A stretch of 64,000 bases of DNA from an uncultured Pseudomonadota bacterium (GCA_963749075.1 CAVVLJ010000016.1:800001-864000); one strand, 5' to 3'. Positions 1 to 11,537 are shown, numbered from the stretch's first letter. The notes: generated by a model not told the origin, from the sequence alone. Numbers and translations: made by a program.

Positions 1-1
1 C

Positions 2-235
2 GGCCTCATCGTGCACGGGCCGCTGCTCGCAACCCTCCTCCTCGACCTGGTGCGGCGCGAGGCGGGCGAGAGACGCATCGAGCGCTTCGCTTTCCGCGCG
101 CTGGCGCCCGTGTTCGACACGGCGCCCTTCACCTTGAGCGGCGCCCCCGATGCCGACGGCCGCCGCGCCCTCGTTTGGGTCAAGCGCGCCGACGGCGGCC
201 TCGCCATGCGCGCGGAGGCGAGCTTCGCGGCGTAG
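2..235 (+). CDS. MaoC/FAS1-like acyl-CoA hydratase/dehydratase, C-terminal fragment (cut by window start)
   Basis: GLIVHGPLLATLLLDL...FAFRALAPVFD...F, typical hot-dog dehydratase C-terminus; the frame is open from the window edge. Confidence 0.7.
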   Translation, partial: GLIVHGPLLATLLLDLVRREAGERRIERFAFRALAPVFDTAPFTLSGAPDADGRRALVWVKRADGGLAMRAEASFAA

Positions 236-260
236 GACATGCAAACATCGAAGCGGAGGT

Positions 261-359
261 CCCCCCTCCCCAACCCTCCCCCTCAAGGGGGGAGGGGGAT
301 TGCTTGGCAAGGCAATAAAAATCCCCCTCCCCCTTGAAGGGGGAGGGTGGGGAGGGGGT
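261..359. repeat. Intergenic palindromic (REP-like) element
   Basis: CCCCCTCCCCAACCCTCCCCCTCAAGGGGGGAGGGG ... CCCCCTCCCCCTTGAAGGGGGAGGGTGGGGAGGGGG: two internal hairpins arranged as an inverted pair between convergent genes. Confidence 0.8.
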
Positions 360-401
360 GACGCTCGCCGCAATGAAGGCGAGCCCGCGGTCCGCACTTG
401 C

Positions 402-1577
402 TCAGGCAAGCGCCTTGACCGCCGCGAGGAAGCGCTCGATCTCTTCCTCGCTGTTGTAGTAATGCACGGAGGCGCGCACCAGTGCCTCCAGTCCCCGCGC
501 TTCCATATCGAAGCGCGTGCCGGCGCCGCTCGAGACGCTCACGTTGATTGCTTGGCGGGCGAGTGCGGCCTTGATCTCGTCGGGGCTGCGGCCGTCGAGG
601 GTGAAGCTCACGATGCCGCAGCGCTCGGCGCCGAGATCGTGCACCGCGGCACCGGGAATGCGCAGAAGCCCTCGGCGCATCTCCTCGCCGAGTGCCCGCA
701 CGCGCGCGTAGATCGCGTCCAGGCCCCACGCGAGCGCGTAATCGACGGCGGTGCCGAGGGCGATCTTGGCGGCGTAGTTCGCCTCCCAATTCTCGAAGCG
801 CCGCGCGTCCGGCCTGATCTCGTAGCGCCCGGGCGCCGTCCAGCGCGCGGCGTGGAGGTCGAGGAACGGCGGCTCGAGGCGCTCGAGGAAGTCCTTGCGC
901 ACGTAAAGAAAGCCGATGCCGCGCGGGCCGCGGAGATATTTGCGCCCCGTGGCGGAGAGCATGTCGCAGCCGATCGCCGCCACGTCGAGCGGCATCTGCC
1001 CGGCCGACTGGCAGGCATCGAGGAGGTAGGGCACGCCCCAGGCCCGGGCCACGCGGCCGACCGCGGCCGCGGGATTGACGAGGCCGCCGTTGGTCGGCAC
1101 GTGGGTGACCGCGATGAGCTTGACGCGCTCGTCCATCATGCGCTCGAGCGCGGCGACCGAAAGCTGGCCCGGCGCATCGTTGGGCACCGCCTCGACCGAG
1201 CAGCCGGTGCGCTTGGCCGTCTGCAGGAAGGCGATGACGTTGCTGGCATATTCGGCACTCGCCGTGAGGATGCGGTCGCCGGCCGCGAAGGGCAGGGCAT
1301 AGAACGCCATGTCCCAGGCGCGCGTCGCGTTCTCGACGATGGCGATCTCCTCGGGCGCGCAATTGATGAGGCGCGCGAGGGCGTCATAGCTGTGCTCGAT
1401 GCTTGCCGAGGCGCGCTCGGCGGCCTCGTAGCCGCCGATGCGGCCCTCGAGCTCGATGTGCCCGACGAGGGCCTCGATCACGCCCCGCGGCATGAGGGCG
1501 GCACCGGCATTGTTGAGATGGATCACTTCGGCCGTCCCGGGCGTCTCCCGGCGCGCGCGGGCGAGGTCGATCGTCAT
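402..1577 (-). CDS. Aminotransferase class V PLP enzyme (EgtE/SufS-like C-S lyase)
   Basis: HLNNAGAAL, LDACQSAGQ, SATGRKYLRGPRG (PLP Lys), VRASVHYYN; lacks the SufS RxGHHCA catalytic Cys; start set at MTIDL. Confidence 0.85.
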   Translation of the reverse strand: MTIDLARARRETPGTAEVIHLNNAGAALMPRGVIEALVGHIELEGRIGGYEAAERASASIEHSYDALARLINCAPEEIAIVENATRAWDMAFYALPFAAGDRILTASAEYASNVIAFLQTAKRTGCSVEAVPNDAPGQLSVAALERMMDERVKLIAVTHVPTNGGLVNPAAAVGRVARAWGVPYLLDACQSAGQMPLDVAAIGCDMLSATGRKYLRGPRGIGFLYVRKDFLERLEPPFLDLHAARWTAPGRYEIRPDARRFENWEANYAAKIALGTAVDYALAWGLDAIYARVRALGEEMRRGLLRIPGAAVHDLGAERCGIVSFTLDGRSPDEIKAALARQAINVSVSSGAGTRFDMEARGLEALVRASVHYYNSEEEIERFLAAVKALA

Positions 1578-1632
1578 GGCTCGCACTCTCCGCCGGCCGG
1601 GCGCAAGGTCGGCGCGCGCCGAGTGCGGCACC

Positions 1633-2286
1633 TCAATTCTTCGGGCGCTCCTGGTTCCCGGTGTGCAGCGTCCATTCGACGATGCGGCGCATGCAGCGGC
1701 CGAGAACGTCGGTGTAGGCCCCGACGATGGCCTCGAGCGTCTCGCTGTCCGCCGGCTGCTTGTAGTCGCAGTCGAGGTCCGAGACGATCATGCGGTCGGG
1801 CATCTTGACGAGCTTCGAGACGATGCGGACGCGCGCCTCGGGCTTGCCGCCGGTCACGGCCGCACTCTCCACCTCGAAGTCGCGGATGTCGGTCTTGAGG
1901 AGAAAGTCGGCGCGCAGGCCGGCGGCTTCGCGACCCACCGCGACGATCTTGCCGGTGTTCTCGAAGGACGAGACGAGGAGCGTCTGGACCATCGCGGGCA
2001 GCACGTCGCTCCAGGCGGCGTGCTCGTAATAGTTCAGCTCGACCGGAGTCTGCTGAAGCGCGATCCGTACCGTGTCGAGGCTGCCGGGCGCCGTCGGCAT
2101 CTCGACCTCGAGCTGCCAGTCCACCTTGGGGAGGTCCGCCGCGAAGGTCACCTTGGGGTGCGGCGTGAAGAGGCGCGGCGGCGGCCCCTCGCCGGGGAGA
2201 AGACCGCAGCCGCCGAGCAAGAGGAGGAGAGCGGCGGCGAGCCGCAACGGACCGCGCACGCGCGGACCGGAAAGCGCCCTCTTCAT
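1633..2286 (-). CDS. ABC-type transport auxiliary lipoprotein (PqiC-like)
   Basis: Lipobox LLLGGC; LDTVRIA...YYEHAAWSD; last gene of the MCE operon. Confidence 0.85.
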   Translation of the reverse strand: MKRALSGPRVRGPLRLAAALLLLLGGCGLLPGEGPPPRLFTPHPKVTFAADLPKVDWQLEVEMPTAPGSLDTVRIALQQTPVELNYYEHAAWSDVLPAMVQTLLVSSFENTGKIVAVGREAAGLRADFLLKTDIRDFEVESAAVTGGKPEARVRIVSKLVKMPDRMIVSDLDCDYKQPADSETLEAIVGAYTDVLGRCMRRIVEWTLHTGNQERPKN

Positions 2287-3236
2287 CGCGCCGGCACTCC
2301 CTGCTGCTGGTTGCCGAGGAAAAAGCGCGCCGGATCGGCCTCGAGCTTGTTGGAGAGGCGGGTGAGCGCCTGCACCATGACGCGCGCGTCGGCGAGGAAT
2401 TTCGTGAGCTCGTAGAGCCCTTGCCCGCTGAAGTCCTTGAGCGCCCCGCGGTTCTCGCTGACCACGGCCTGCACCTCGGTCGCCAGGCCGTCGATCGACT
2501 GCGCCGCCAGGCGGAACTGCTTGATCGTCGGCTTGAGCTCGGCGGACAGGTCCTTGCTCTCGCCGTTGAGGTTCTTGGTGAGGGCATCGAGCGAGGCCAC
2601 GGTCGAGCGCAGGTCGTGCATCATGACGCTGCTGTCGTCGATGAGGGTCTCGATCGTCCGGCTTTTGTCGGCCAAGGCCGCCGTGAGCGTGCGTACGTTC
2701 TCGATCGACTGGGAGAGCGCCGCGATGTTCTGCTCGCTGAGCGCCTTGTCCGCGCGCTCGATCAGCCGGTTGACGTGATCGAGGAGCTCGGGCGCCGAAT
2801 TGAACACTTGCTGGAGCGGCGATGCGCGCGACGGGATCGTCGCGATCTTGCGGTCCGGCTTGGGCATGAGCGGAGGAGCACCCTGCGTGCCGCCCTCGAG
2901 CTGGACATAGGCCACGAAGGTGAGGCCCTGGAAGCCGAGCGAGGCGACGGTGTCCTCCTTGATGGGGGTGTCGGCGTCGACCTCGATGATGACCTGGATT
3001 TCCTCGACGCTCTCGGGGTCGATGCGGATGCCCGTGACCGAGCCGACCGGAATGCCGCGGTAGAGCACGCGGGCACCCCTCTCGAGCCCGGTCACCGGAT
3101 CGCGGAAGTCGATGTGGTACACCTTGGTCTCGTGGGTCGACGGGACCTTGGCCAGCCAGATCACGAAGGCGACTGCCGCCACGAGGAGCACCAGCACGAA
3201 GCTCCCGACGATCAGATAGCTGGCTCTGGTTTCCAT
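2283..3236 (-). CDS. mlaD: MCE/MlaD family protein
   Basis: METRASYLIVGSFVL TM, VTGLERGARVLYRGIPVGSV MCE motif, long helical C-terminus. Confidence 0.9.
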   Translation of the reverse strand: METRASYLIVGSFVLVLLVAAVAFVIWLAKVPSTHETKVYHIDFRDPVTGLERGARVLYRGIPVGSVTGIRIDPESVEEIQVIIEVDADTPIKEDTVASLGFQGLTFVAYVQLEGGTQGAPPLMPKPDRKIATIPSRASPLQQVFNSAPELLDHVNRLIERADKALSEQNIAALSQSIENVRTLTAALADKSRTIETLIDDSSVMMHDLRSTVASLDALTKNLNGESKDLSAELKPTIKQFRLAAQSIDGLATEVQAVVSENRGALKDFSGQGLYELTKFLADARVMVQALTRLSNKLEADPARFFLGNQQQGVPAR

Positions 3237-3245
3237 CCGGGTCCC

Positions 3246-4034
3246 CTAAGCGCGAAGTGCCGCCCGGCCGCGCGGTCCGTGGAAATAGCTTTGCACCCAG
3301 GGGTGGGGATTCTCGAGCAGCTCCTCGAGCTTGCCCACCAGCACCTTCTTGTCGACCAGCACGGCTATACGGTCGCAGATCGCGACAAGGCTGTCCAGGT
3401 CGTGGGTGACCATGAAGACCGTGAGGTTGAGGCTCTTCTGCAGCACGCCGATGAGCTGGTCGAAGCCTGCCGCCGCGATGGGGTCGAGGCCCGAGGTCGG
3501 CTCGTCGAGGAAGAGGATTTCCGGGTCCAGCGCCAAGGCGCGCGCGAGACCGGCGCGCTTGCGCATGCCGCCCGAGAGCTGGGACGGCATCTTGTCCGCG
3601 GCGTCCGGCGGCAGGCCCACCATGTCGAGCTTGACCGCGGCGATCTCCTCGATGAGCGGCAGCTTGAGCCGCGTGTGCTCCTTCAAGGGCACCGCGATGT
3701 TCTGCGCCACGGTGAGCGAGCTGAAGAGGGCGCCGTCCTGGAAGAGCACCCCCCAGCGCTCCTCGAGCGCCTCCTTGGCGTCCTCGTCGAGCCGCGCCGG
3801 CTCGACGCCCAGCACCTCGATGCGCCCGGCGGCCGGCCGGTTGAGGCCGACGATCGTGCGCAGAAGCACCGACTTGCCGGTGCCCGAGCCGCCCACCACG
3901 CCGAGCACTTCGCCGCGCCGCACCTCGAGATCGAGGCCGTCATGCACGGTCTGGTCGCCGAAGCGGTTGACCAGGCCGTGTACGCGGATGACCACGGCTT
4001 CCTTGGGCTCTGATGTGGGCTCCTCGCGTGCCAT
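3246..4034 (-). CDS. mlaF: MlaF-type ABC ATPase
   Basis: GGSGTGKS, LFQDGALFSSLTV, LSGGMRKRAGLARALALDP, DEPTSGLDP. Confidence 0.92.
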   Translation of the reverse strand: MAREEPTSEPKEAVVIRVHGLVNRFGDQTVHDGLDLEVRRGEVLGVVGGSGTGKSVLLRTIVGLNRPAAGRIEVLGVEPARLDEDAKEALEERWGVLFQDGALFSSLTVAQNIAVPLKEHTRLKLPLIEEIAAVKLDMVGLPPDAADKMPSQLSGGMRKRAGLARALALDPEILFLDEPTSGLDPIAAAGFDQLIGVLQKSLNLTVFMVTHDLDSLVAICDRIAVLVDKKVLVGKLEELLENPHPWVQSYFHGPRGRAALRA

Positions 4035-4046
4035 GCGTCTCGCGCG

Positions 4047-5180
4047 TCAATACTTGATGTAGGAGAAGAAGATCGAGAAGAACGCATCCAGCACGATGAC
4101 GAGGAAGATCGACTCGACCACCGACTTGGTGGTGAGCCGACCCACGCTCTCGGCGCTGCGCGCGACGTTGAGGCCCTCGTAGCAGCCCACCATGGCGATG
4201 ACGAAGGCGAACACCGGGGCCTTGATGATGCCGACCCAGAAGTGCTGGACGGGGACGGCGCTCTGCAGATGCTCGATGAACTGGGTGAGGTTGATGTGGA
4301 GGATGGCGAGGGACATGAGGCAGCCGCCCGCAAGCCCCATGATGTCCGCATAGAAGGTGAGGAGCGGCAGCGTGAGCACGAGCGCCAAGGTGCGCGGCAG
4401 CACCAGCACGTCCATCGGATTGAGGCCGAGCGTCTGCATGGCGTCGATCTCCTCGTTCACCTTCATGGTGCCGATCTCGGCGGTGAACGCGCTGCCCGAC
4501 CGGCCGGCCAGGATGATGGCCGTGAGGAGGATGGCCATTTCGCGCACGATGGAGATGCCGACGAGGTCGATGACGAACACCTCGGCGCCGAATCGCCGCA
4601 GCTGATCGGCGCCCTGGTAGGCGATCACCACGCCGATGAGGAAGCTCAAGAGGCCGACGATGGGCATGGCATCGAGGCCGGTGCGCTCCATGTGGTTCAC
4701 GACCGCCACGTAGCGGATGGTGCGCGGCCGCAGCAAGCTGCGCAGGATCGAGATGCAGAGGAGCCCGAAGAAGCTGAGCAGGCCCACGGCCGCGTCGCGC
4801 GCCTCGAAGGCCGTCTTGCCGATGCGGACGAGCAGATCGAGGAAGGGACGGCGCTCGCGCAGCAAGGGCTCGTGCGGGCGGTCGGCATGAGCCGCCTGAT
4901 CGAGGAGCTTGGCATGCTCCGGGCGCACCCGCGCGAAGCGCGCGGCGATGCCGCGGCCGGAGAGCTGCCTGAGCGTGCGATGGAGCACCCAGGCGCCCGC
5001 GGTGTCGAGCGACTGCACCTCGCCGAGGTCGATCACCGCGCTGTGCACGGAGCCCGGCGCCAGCGACCTGAGCGGCGCGTCGAGCTCGGCCAGCGCTGCC
5101 ACCGTCCATCCCCCGCCGGCCGCGAGCATCAGGCTGTCGCCCTCGCGCTCCGTCCGGAACCAGCCGCTTCCCCCCGCCAT
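4047..5180 (-). CDS. mlaE: MlaE permease with N-terminal STAS-like domain
   Basis: LDTAGAW (STAS) then AGRSGSAFTAEIGTMKVNEEIDAM; true start is MAGGSGWF inside the longer ORF. Confidence 0.9.
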   Translation of the reverse strand: MAGGSGWFRTEREGDSLMLAAGGGWTVAALAELDAPLRSLAPGSVHSAVIDLGEVQSLDTAGAWVLHRTLRQLSGRGIAARFARVRPEHAKLLDQAAHADRPHEPLLRERRPFLDLLVRIGKTAFEARDAAVGLLSFFGLLCISILRSLLRPRTIRYVAVVNHMERTGLDAMPIVGLLSFLIGVVIAYQGADQLRRFGAEVFVIDLVGISIVREMAILLTAIILAGRSGSAFTAEIGTMKVNEEIDAMQTLGLNPMDVLVLPRTLALVLTLPLLTFYADIMGLAGGCLMSLAILHINLTQFIEHLQSAVPVQHFWVGIIKAPVFAFVIAMVGCYEGLNVARSAESVGRLTTKSVVESIFLVIVLDAFFSIFFSYIKY

Positions 5181-5191
5181 CGCGCCCCCGC

Positions 5192-6166
5192 TCAGGCGTT
5201 CAAGCGCCGCTGGCTCGCGCGGGAGTCCGCGAGCACGCAGAGTATCTCGAACATCATGGTGGCGCCGGCGATCGCCGTGATCCCGTTGCTGTCGAAGGGC
5301 GGCGAGACCTCGACCACGTCGCCGCCGACGAGATCGAGACCCCGGAGGCCGCGCACCATCTGCTGCGCCTCGAAGGTCGAGAAGCCGCCGATCTCCGGCG
5401 TGCCGGTGCCGGGGGCGAAGACCGGGTCGAGCCCGTCCACGTCGAAGCTGATGTAGGTTGGCCCGTCGCCCGCGATGCGCCTCGCCTCGCGGATCACCGC
5501 CTCGTAGCCGAGCTTGAAATACTCCTCGATGGCCACCACTCGCATGCCCGAATCGTAGGAGAACTGCCAGTCGTCGCGGTCGTAGAGCGAGCCGCGGATG
5601 CCGATCTGGATGGTGCGCTTGGGATCGAGCACGCCCTCCTCGACGGCGCGGCGGAAGGGCGTGCCGTGGGTGTATTTGTAGCCGCCGAAATAGCTGTCCG
5701 CGGTGTCGCAGTGGGCGTCGAAATGCACCAAGCCTAAGGGCCGCTTGCGCCCGAGTGCTCGCAAGATGGGCAGCGTCATGAGGTGGTCGCCGCCCGCCGA
5801 GAGCGGGATGGCGCCCGCTGCCTTGACCGCGTCGTAGAAGCGCTCGATGCGCGCGATCGAGTCCATGAGGTCGATGGGATTGATCGACACGTCGCCGAGG
5901 TCGGCCGCCTGGCAGAGCTCGTAGGGTGCGATGCGGCTCACCGGGTGGATGCGCCGGATGAAGCTCGAATAGTTGCGGATCTCGCGCGGCCCGTGGCGGG
6001 CACCCGGTCGGTTGGTGGTGCCGCCGTCCCACGGCACGCCGATGAGCCCGATGTCCACCTTCGCGGGGTTCTCCTCGCTCGGCAGGCGCATGAAGGTGCA
6101 GGGCCCCGAGAAGCGCGGCATGACGTTGCCGGGGACCGGCTGATTGTGGCTCTCATCGTTGGGCAT
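5192..6166 (-). CDS. Agmatinase-family ureohydrolase, closest in my recollection to guanidinopropionase GpuA
   Basis: GVPWDGGTTNRPGARHGP, GGDH, DAHCD, SFDVDGLDP..APGTGTPEIGG, DVVEVSPPFD. Confidence 0.88.
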   Translation of the reverse strand: MPNDESHNQPVPGNVMPRFSGPCTFMRLPSEENPAKVDIGLIGVPWDGGTTNRPGARHGPREIRNYSSFIRRIHPVSRIAPYELCQAADLGDVSINPIDLMDSIARIERFYDAVKAAGAIPLSAGGDHLMTLPILRALGRKRPLGLVHFDAHCDTADSYFGGYKYTHGTPFRRAVEEGVLDPKRTIQIGIRGSLYDRDDWQFSYDSGMRVVAIEEYFKLGYEAVIREARRIAGDGPTYISFDVDGLDPVFAPGTGTPEIGGFSTFEAQQMVRGLRGLDLVGGDVVEVSPPFDSNGITAIAGATMMFEILCVLADSRASQRRLNA

Positions 6167-6235
6167 CGCGTTCTTCCCTGGCGGCGGCCCGCATCATACT
6201 CCCTCTCATCCCTGAGGAGGAGAGGGGCAAATGGC

Positions 6236-7933
<1,698 letters not shown>

Positions 7934-7955
7934 CGCTTTCTCCGTAAGCAAGGGT

Positions 7956-8122
7956 CTTCACCAAGGAGGCACGGAGAAGGAAAAAGAGGAAACCACAAAG
8001 ACACGAAGACACAAAGAATGATTCTGCGCTTCGCGCGAAGCGCATAAACCTGCTTCGTGTCTTTGTGCCTTTGTGGTTTTAACCTTCTCTTCTCCGTGTC
8101 CTCCGTGCCTCCGTGGTTGAAG
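7956..8122. repeat. Nested intergenic palindrome (about 165 bp)
   Basis: Outer arms GGAGGCACGGAG/CTCCGTGCCTCC, middle arms ACCACAAAGACACGAAG/CTTCGTGTCTTTGTGCCTTTGTGGT, perfect 20-bp core TGCGCTTCGCGCGAAGCGCA (8025-8044). Confidence 0.85.
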
Positions 8123-9508
8123 CTATTGCGCGAGCGCCTCGGCGGTGCGTCGATAGGCGAGGGTGATGGCTTCCTCGTCGGCGTGGCGGCCGTCGCGCAC
8201 CACCCAGCGGCCGCCCACCATGACGTGGCGCACGGCACCGCGCGCGCTCGCGAAGACGAAGCTGTCGAGGGCCGCGTCCTCGCTGCGGCCGGCGAGCGCC
8301 GGATGGTTCGCGTCGAGCACGATGAGGTCCGCGGCGAGGCCCGTGGCGATTCCGCCGATGGGCTGGCCGAGCGCCGCCGCACCACCCGCGAGCGCCCGGC
8401 GCCAGAGGGTGGTGCCGAGCGACGTGCCGGGCGGCTCGAGCTCGAGGCTGCGCCGCTCGCGCTTGAGACGCTGGCCGTAATGGAGCCAGCGCAGCTCCTC
8501 CGCCGGGTCGGTGCCGACGTTGCTGTCGCTGCCGATGCCGAAGCGCCCGCCGGCCTCGAGATAGTCGCGCAAGGGGAAGAGGCCGTCGCCGAGGTTGCCC
8601 TCGGTCGTGGGGCAGAGGCCGGCCACCGCGGACGAGCGCGCGAGACGCAGGGTCTCGTCGGGCTCCATGTGCGTCGCATGCACGAGCACCCAGCGCGGGC
8701 CGATCGCCATATTGTCGAGGAGCCAGCGCACCGGGCGCGTGCCCGTAGAGGCGAGGCAGTCGCGCACCTCGCGTTCCTGCTCGGCCGCGTGGATATGGAT
8801 GGGCGCGGTGGGGTCGAGCGCGTCGATGGCCGCCACGGCTTGGTGCAGCGCCTCGGGCGGCACGGCGCGCAGCGAATGGGGGGCGAGGCCGAGGCGGAAG
8901 CTGCCGCGCCGCCGCGCGAGCGCCTCGAGGCGCTCGAGGAGGGCTGCGAACTCGCCGCTCGCGGTGACGAAGCGGCGCTGGCCCTGGCTCGGCGGCAGGC
9001 CGCCGAAATTGCCGCTCTGGTAGAGCACGGGGAGGAGTGTCAAGCGGATGCCCGTGCGCTCGGCCGCCGCCACGATGCGTGCCGAGAGCTCGGCGGGATC
9101 GCCATAGGGGCGGCCGTGCGGGTCCTTGTGCAGGTAGTGGAACTCGGCCACGGCCGTATAGCCGGCCTTCAGCATCTCGAGATAGAGCTCGGCCGCGATC
9201 GTCTCGACGTTGTCGGGGGCGAGGCGCGCGAGGAAGCGGTACATGACCTCGCGCCAGCTCCAGAAATCGTCGCCGGCCGGACCTGCGCGCTCGGCAAGGC
9301 CGGCGAGTGCCCGCTGGAAGGCGTGGCAATGGAGGTTGGCCATACCGGGCAGCACGATCCCCTCGATGGGCTCGGCACCGGCGGCGGCTGAAGCATCCTC
9401 CTTGAGCGCCGCGATCCGCCCTTGCGCGTCGACTTCGATCAGGAGCTCTCTTGCCCATCCGCTCGGCAGGAGTGCGCTCTTGGCGAGGAGGCGCTTGGCT
9501 GCGGCCAT
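8123..9508 (-). CDS. hutF: Formimidoylglutamate deiminase
   Basis: PGMANLHCHAFQRA, FWSWREVMY, EFHYLH, APHSLRAV, HIHAAEQ, CPTTEGNLGDG, IGSDSN. Confidence 0.95.
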   Translation of the reverse strand: MAAAKRLLAKSALLPSGWARELLIEVDAQGRIAALKEDASAAAGAEPIEGIVLPGMANLHCHAFQRALAGLAERAGPAGDDFWSWREVMYRFLARLAPDNVETIAAELYLEMLKAGYTAVAEFHYLHKDPHGRPYGDPAELSARIVAAAERTGIRLTLLPVLYQSGNFGGLPPSQGQRRFVTASGEFAALLERLEALARRRGSFRLGLAPHSLRAVPPEALHQAVAAIDALDPTAPIHIHAAEQEREVRDCLASTGTRPVRWLLDNMAIGPRWVLVHATHMEPDETLRLARSSAVAGLCPTTEGNLGDGLFPLRDYLEAGGRFGIGSDSNVGTDPAEELRWLHYGQRLKRERRSLELEPPGTSLGTTLWRRALAGGAAALGQPIGGIATGLAADLIVLDANHPALAGRSEDAALDSFVFASARGAVRHVMVGGRWVVRDGRHADEEAITLAYRRTAEALAQ

Positions 9509-9750
9509 GGGAGCGGCGGCTATTCCCTCTGTCGGCCGATCGTCCGGCCGCCCAACTTAGCCGCTCCGCCGGGTGCGTGGAAAGTGCCGCCGGCCGCTTG
9601 TGGCACGCTTGCCGGTGCAATAGTATGGCGCGCAAGGGATCCCGCGGACGCGAGCGCAAGCTGGCGCTGCGGCCCGCGCGTGGTGCCATCGGCACACGGG
9701 GAATGGCGCCGCCCATGAGGCGGCAATTCATGCTCAGGGAGGCATTGAGA

Positions 9751-10737
9751 ATGCGTAAGCTTATTGGCGCCCTTGCGGCGCTGGCGGCCGGCGTCGTGCT
9801 CGGCAGCATCTCGGGCGCGCAGCCGGCGGCGGCCGAGACGATCAAGATCGCGCACTCGACCTGGGTCGGCTACGGCCCGCTCTACATCGCGCGCGACAAG
9901 GGCATCTTCAAGAAGAACGGCGTCGACGTTGAGCTCGTGCTCATGGAGGACCCGAAGGACCGCTTCCCGACGCTCATGGCCGACAAGATCCAGATGATCG
10001 CCAGCACGGTCGACACCGCGCTCCTCTATCTGAAGAACCCGCGGGACTTCGAGTACGTGGTCGCGATCGACGATTCCGACGGCGGCGACGGCATCGTCGC
10101 CAACAAGGACATCAAGACGCTCGCCGATCTCAAGGGCAAGAAGGTCGCGGTCAACGAGGGCTCGGTCTCCGAGTTCTACTTGAACGTGCTGCTCGGGCGC
10201 GCCGGCCTCAAGGAGTTGGACCTCAACATCGTCAACATGACGGCGGGCGACGCGGGCAGCGCCTTCGTCTCGAAGCGCGTCGATGCGGCGGTCACCTGGG
10301 AGCCTTGGCTGAGCAAGGGGAAGTCGGCCGAGCAAGGCCATCTCCTCGTCGACAGCTCCTCGACGCCCGGCCTCATCACCGACGTCATCATCGTCAAGCA
10401 GAGCTGGGCCAAGGAGCACAGCAAGGAGGTGGCGGCGGTGGTGAAGTCGTGGGACGAGGCGGTCGCCTTTTACGAGGCGCATCCCGACGAGGCGATCGAG
10501 ATCATGGCCAAGGGCGTCGGCGGCTGGCTCAAGGACCCCAAGGAGTTCAAGGCGACGCTCTCCGGCATCAAGTTCTACGACGGGCCCGCGAACAAGAAGT
10601 TCTTCGGCACCTTCAACAACCCGGGCCCGCTCTACCAGACCACCGAGGAGGCGATCAAGATCTGGTCGAGCCACGGCAAGCTGCAGGTCAAGGTGGTGCC
10701 GGGCGACCTCATCGACTACAGCTACGTCAACGGTTGA
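9751..10737 (+). CDS. NitT/TauT-type ABC substrate-binding protein
   Basis: Signal peptide, WVGYGPLYIARDKG, SDGGDGIV, DAAVTWEPW; RBS GGGAGG upstream of ATG 9751. Confidence 0.88.
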   Translation: MRKLIGALAALAAGVVLGSISGAQPAAAETIKIAHSTWVGYGPLYIARDKGIFKKNGVDVELVLMEDPKDRFPTLMADKIQMIASTVDTALLYLKNPRDFEYVVAIDDSDGGDGIVANKDIKTLADLKGKKVAVNEGSVSEFYLNVLLGRAGLKELDLNIVNMTAGDAGSAFVSKRVDAAVTWEPWLSKGKSAEQGHLLVDSSSTPGLITDVIIVKQSWAKEHSKEVAAVVKSWDEAVAFYEAHPDEAIEIMAKGVGGWLKDPKEFKATLSGIKFYDGPANKKFFGTFNNPGPLYQTTEEAIKIWSSHGKLQVKVVPGDLIDYSYVNG

Positions 10738-11537
10738 TGCTGAGGTTCGTCGAGGCCTATTTCGCTCCGAAGAAGGACATCCCACGGCGTGTCTATCTTT
10801 CGGTAAGCACGTTCGTGGGCCTTCTCGGGCTCGCACTCTGGTGCGGGCTCTCGTACGGCGGGCTGGTGCGCCCGGACTTCCTCCCCACCCCGGTGGCCGT
10901 GGGCAAGGCGGCCATCGACGGCATCGCCGACGGCTCGCTTCTCGTCAACACCTGGGCGAGCCTGGTCGAGATACTCTCCGGCTTCGCCATCGCCTCGCTC
11001 CTCGCGGTGCCGTTCGGCATCCTGATGGGCAGCTTCAAGATCGTCGAGGCCGGGATCGAGCCCGTCACCAACTTCGTGCGCTATCTGCCGGTGAGCGCGC
11101 TCATCCCGCTCCTCATCCTCTGGGTCGGCATCGACATCGAGGAGAAGATCACCGTCATCTTCATCGGCACCTTCTTCCAGCAGCTCATCCTGATCGCCGA
11201 CGTGTCGCGCGGCGTCTCTCACGATCTGCTCGACGTCTCCTATACGCTCGGCGCCAACCGCCGCACGGTGGTGACGCGCGTGCTCATTCCCGCGACGCTG
11301 CCGGGGGTGATGGACACGCTCCGCGTCACCCTCGGCTGGGCCTGGACCTACCTCGTGGTCGCCGAGCTCGTGGCCGCCAACAAGGGGCTCGGCTACTTCA
11401 TCCTCAACTCGATGCGCGGCCTCTTCACCGACCAGATTTTCCTCGGCATCATGGTCATCGGGCTCCTGGGCCTCATCGCCGATCAGGCCATCAAGGCGCT
11501 GCGCAACTGGCTCCTTCCGTGGGCGGCGGAGCCCTGA
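10737..11537 (+). CDS. NitT/TauT ABC permease
   Basis: FLPTP, RYLPVSALIPLLILWVG, GWAWTYLVVAEL; TGATG coupling to the binding-protein gene. Confidence 0.9.
   Translation: MLRFVEAYFAPKKDIPRRVYLSVSTFVGLLGLALWCGLSYGGLVRPDFLPTPVAVGKAAIDGIADGSLLVNTWASLVEILSGFAIASLLAVPFGILMGSFKIVEAGIEPVTNFVRYLPVSALIPLLILWVGIDIEEKITVIFIGTFFQQLILIADVSRGVSHDLLDVSYTLGANRRTVVTRVLIPATLPGVMDTLRVTLGWAWTYLVVAELVAANKGLGYFILNSMRGLFTDQIFLGIMVIGLLGLIADQAIKALRNWLLPWAAEP

Noticed and set aside
7956-8122. Possible CRISPR or short-repeat array
   Set aside because: The units are inverted and about 9-nt periodic with no unique spacers, and there are no cas genes; no CRISPR array was seen anywhere in the window
9509-9750. Guanidine riboswitch or sigma54 promoter upstream of the NitT/TauT importer
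   Set aside because: No ykkC, mini-ykkC (paired ACGR loops) or ykkC-III consensus was recognised; TGGCACGCTTGC has the wrong GG-to-GC spacing for sigma54
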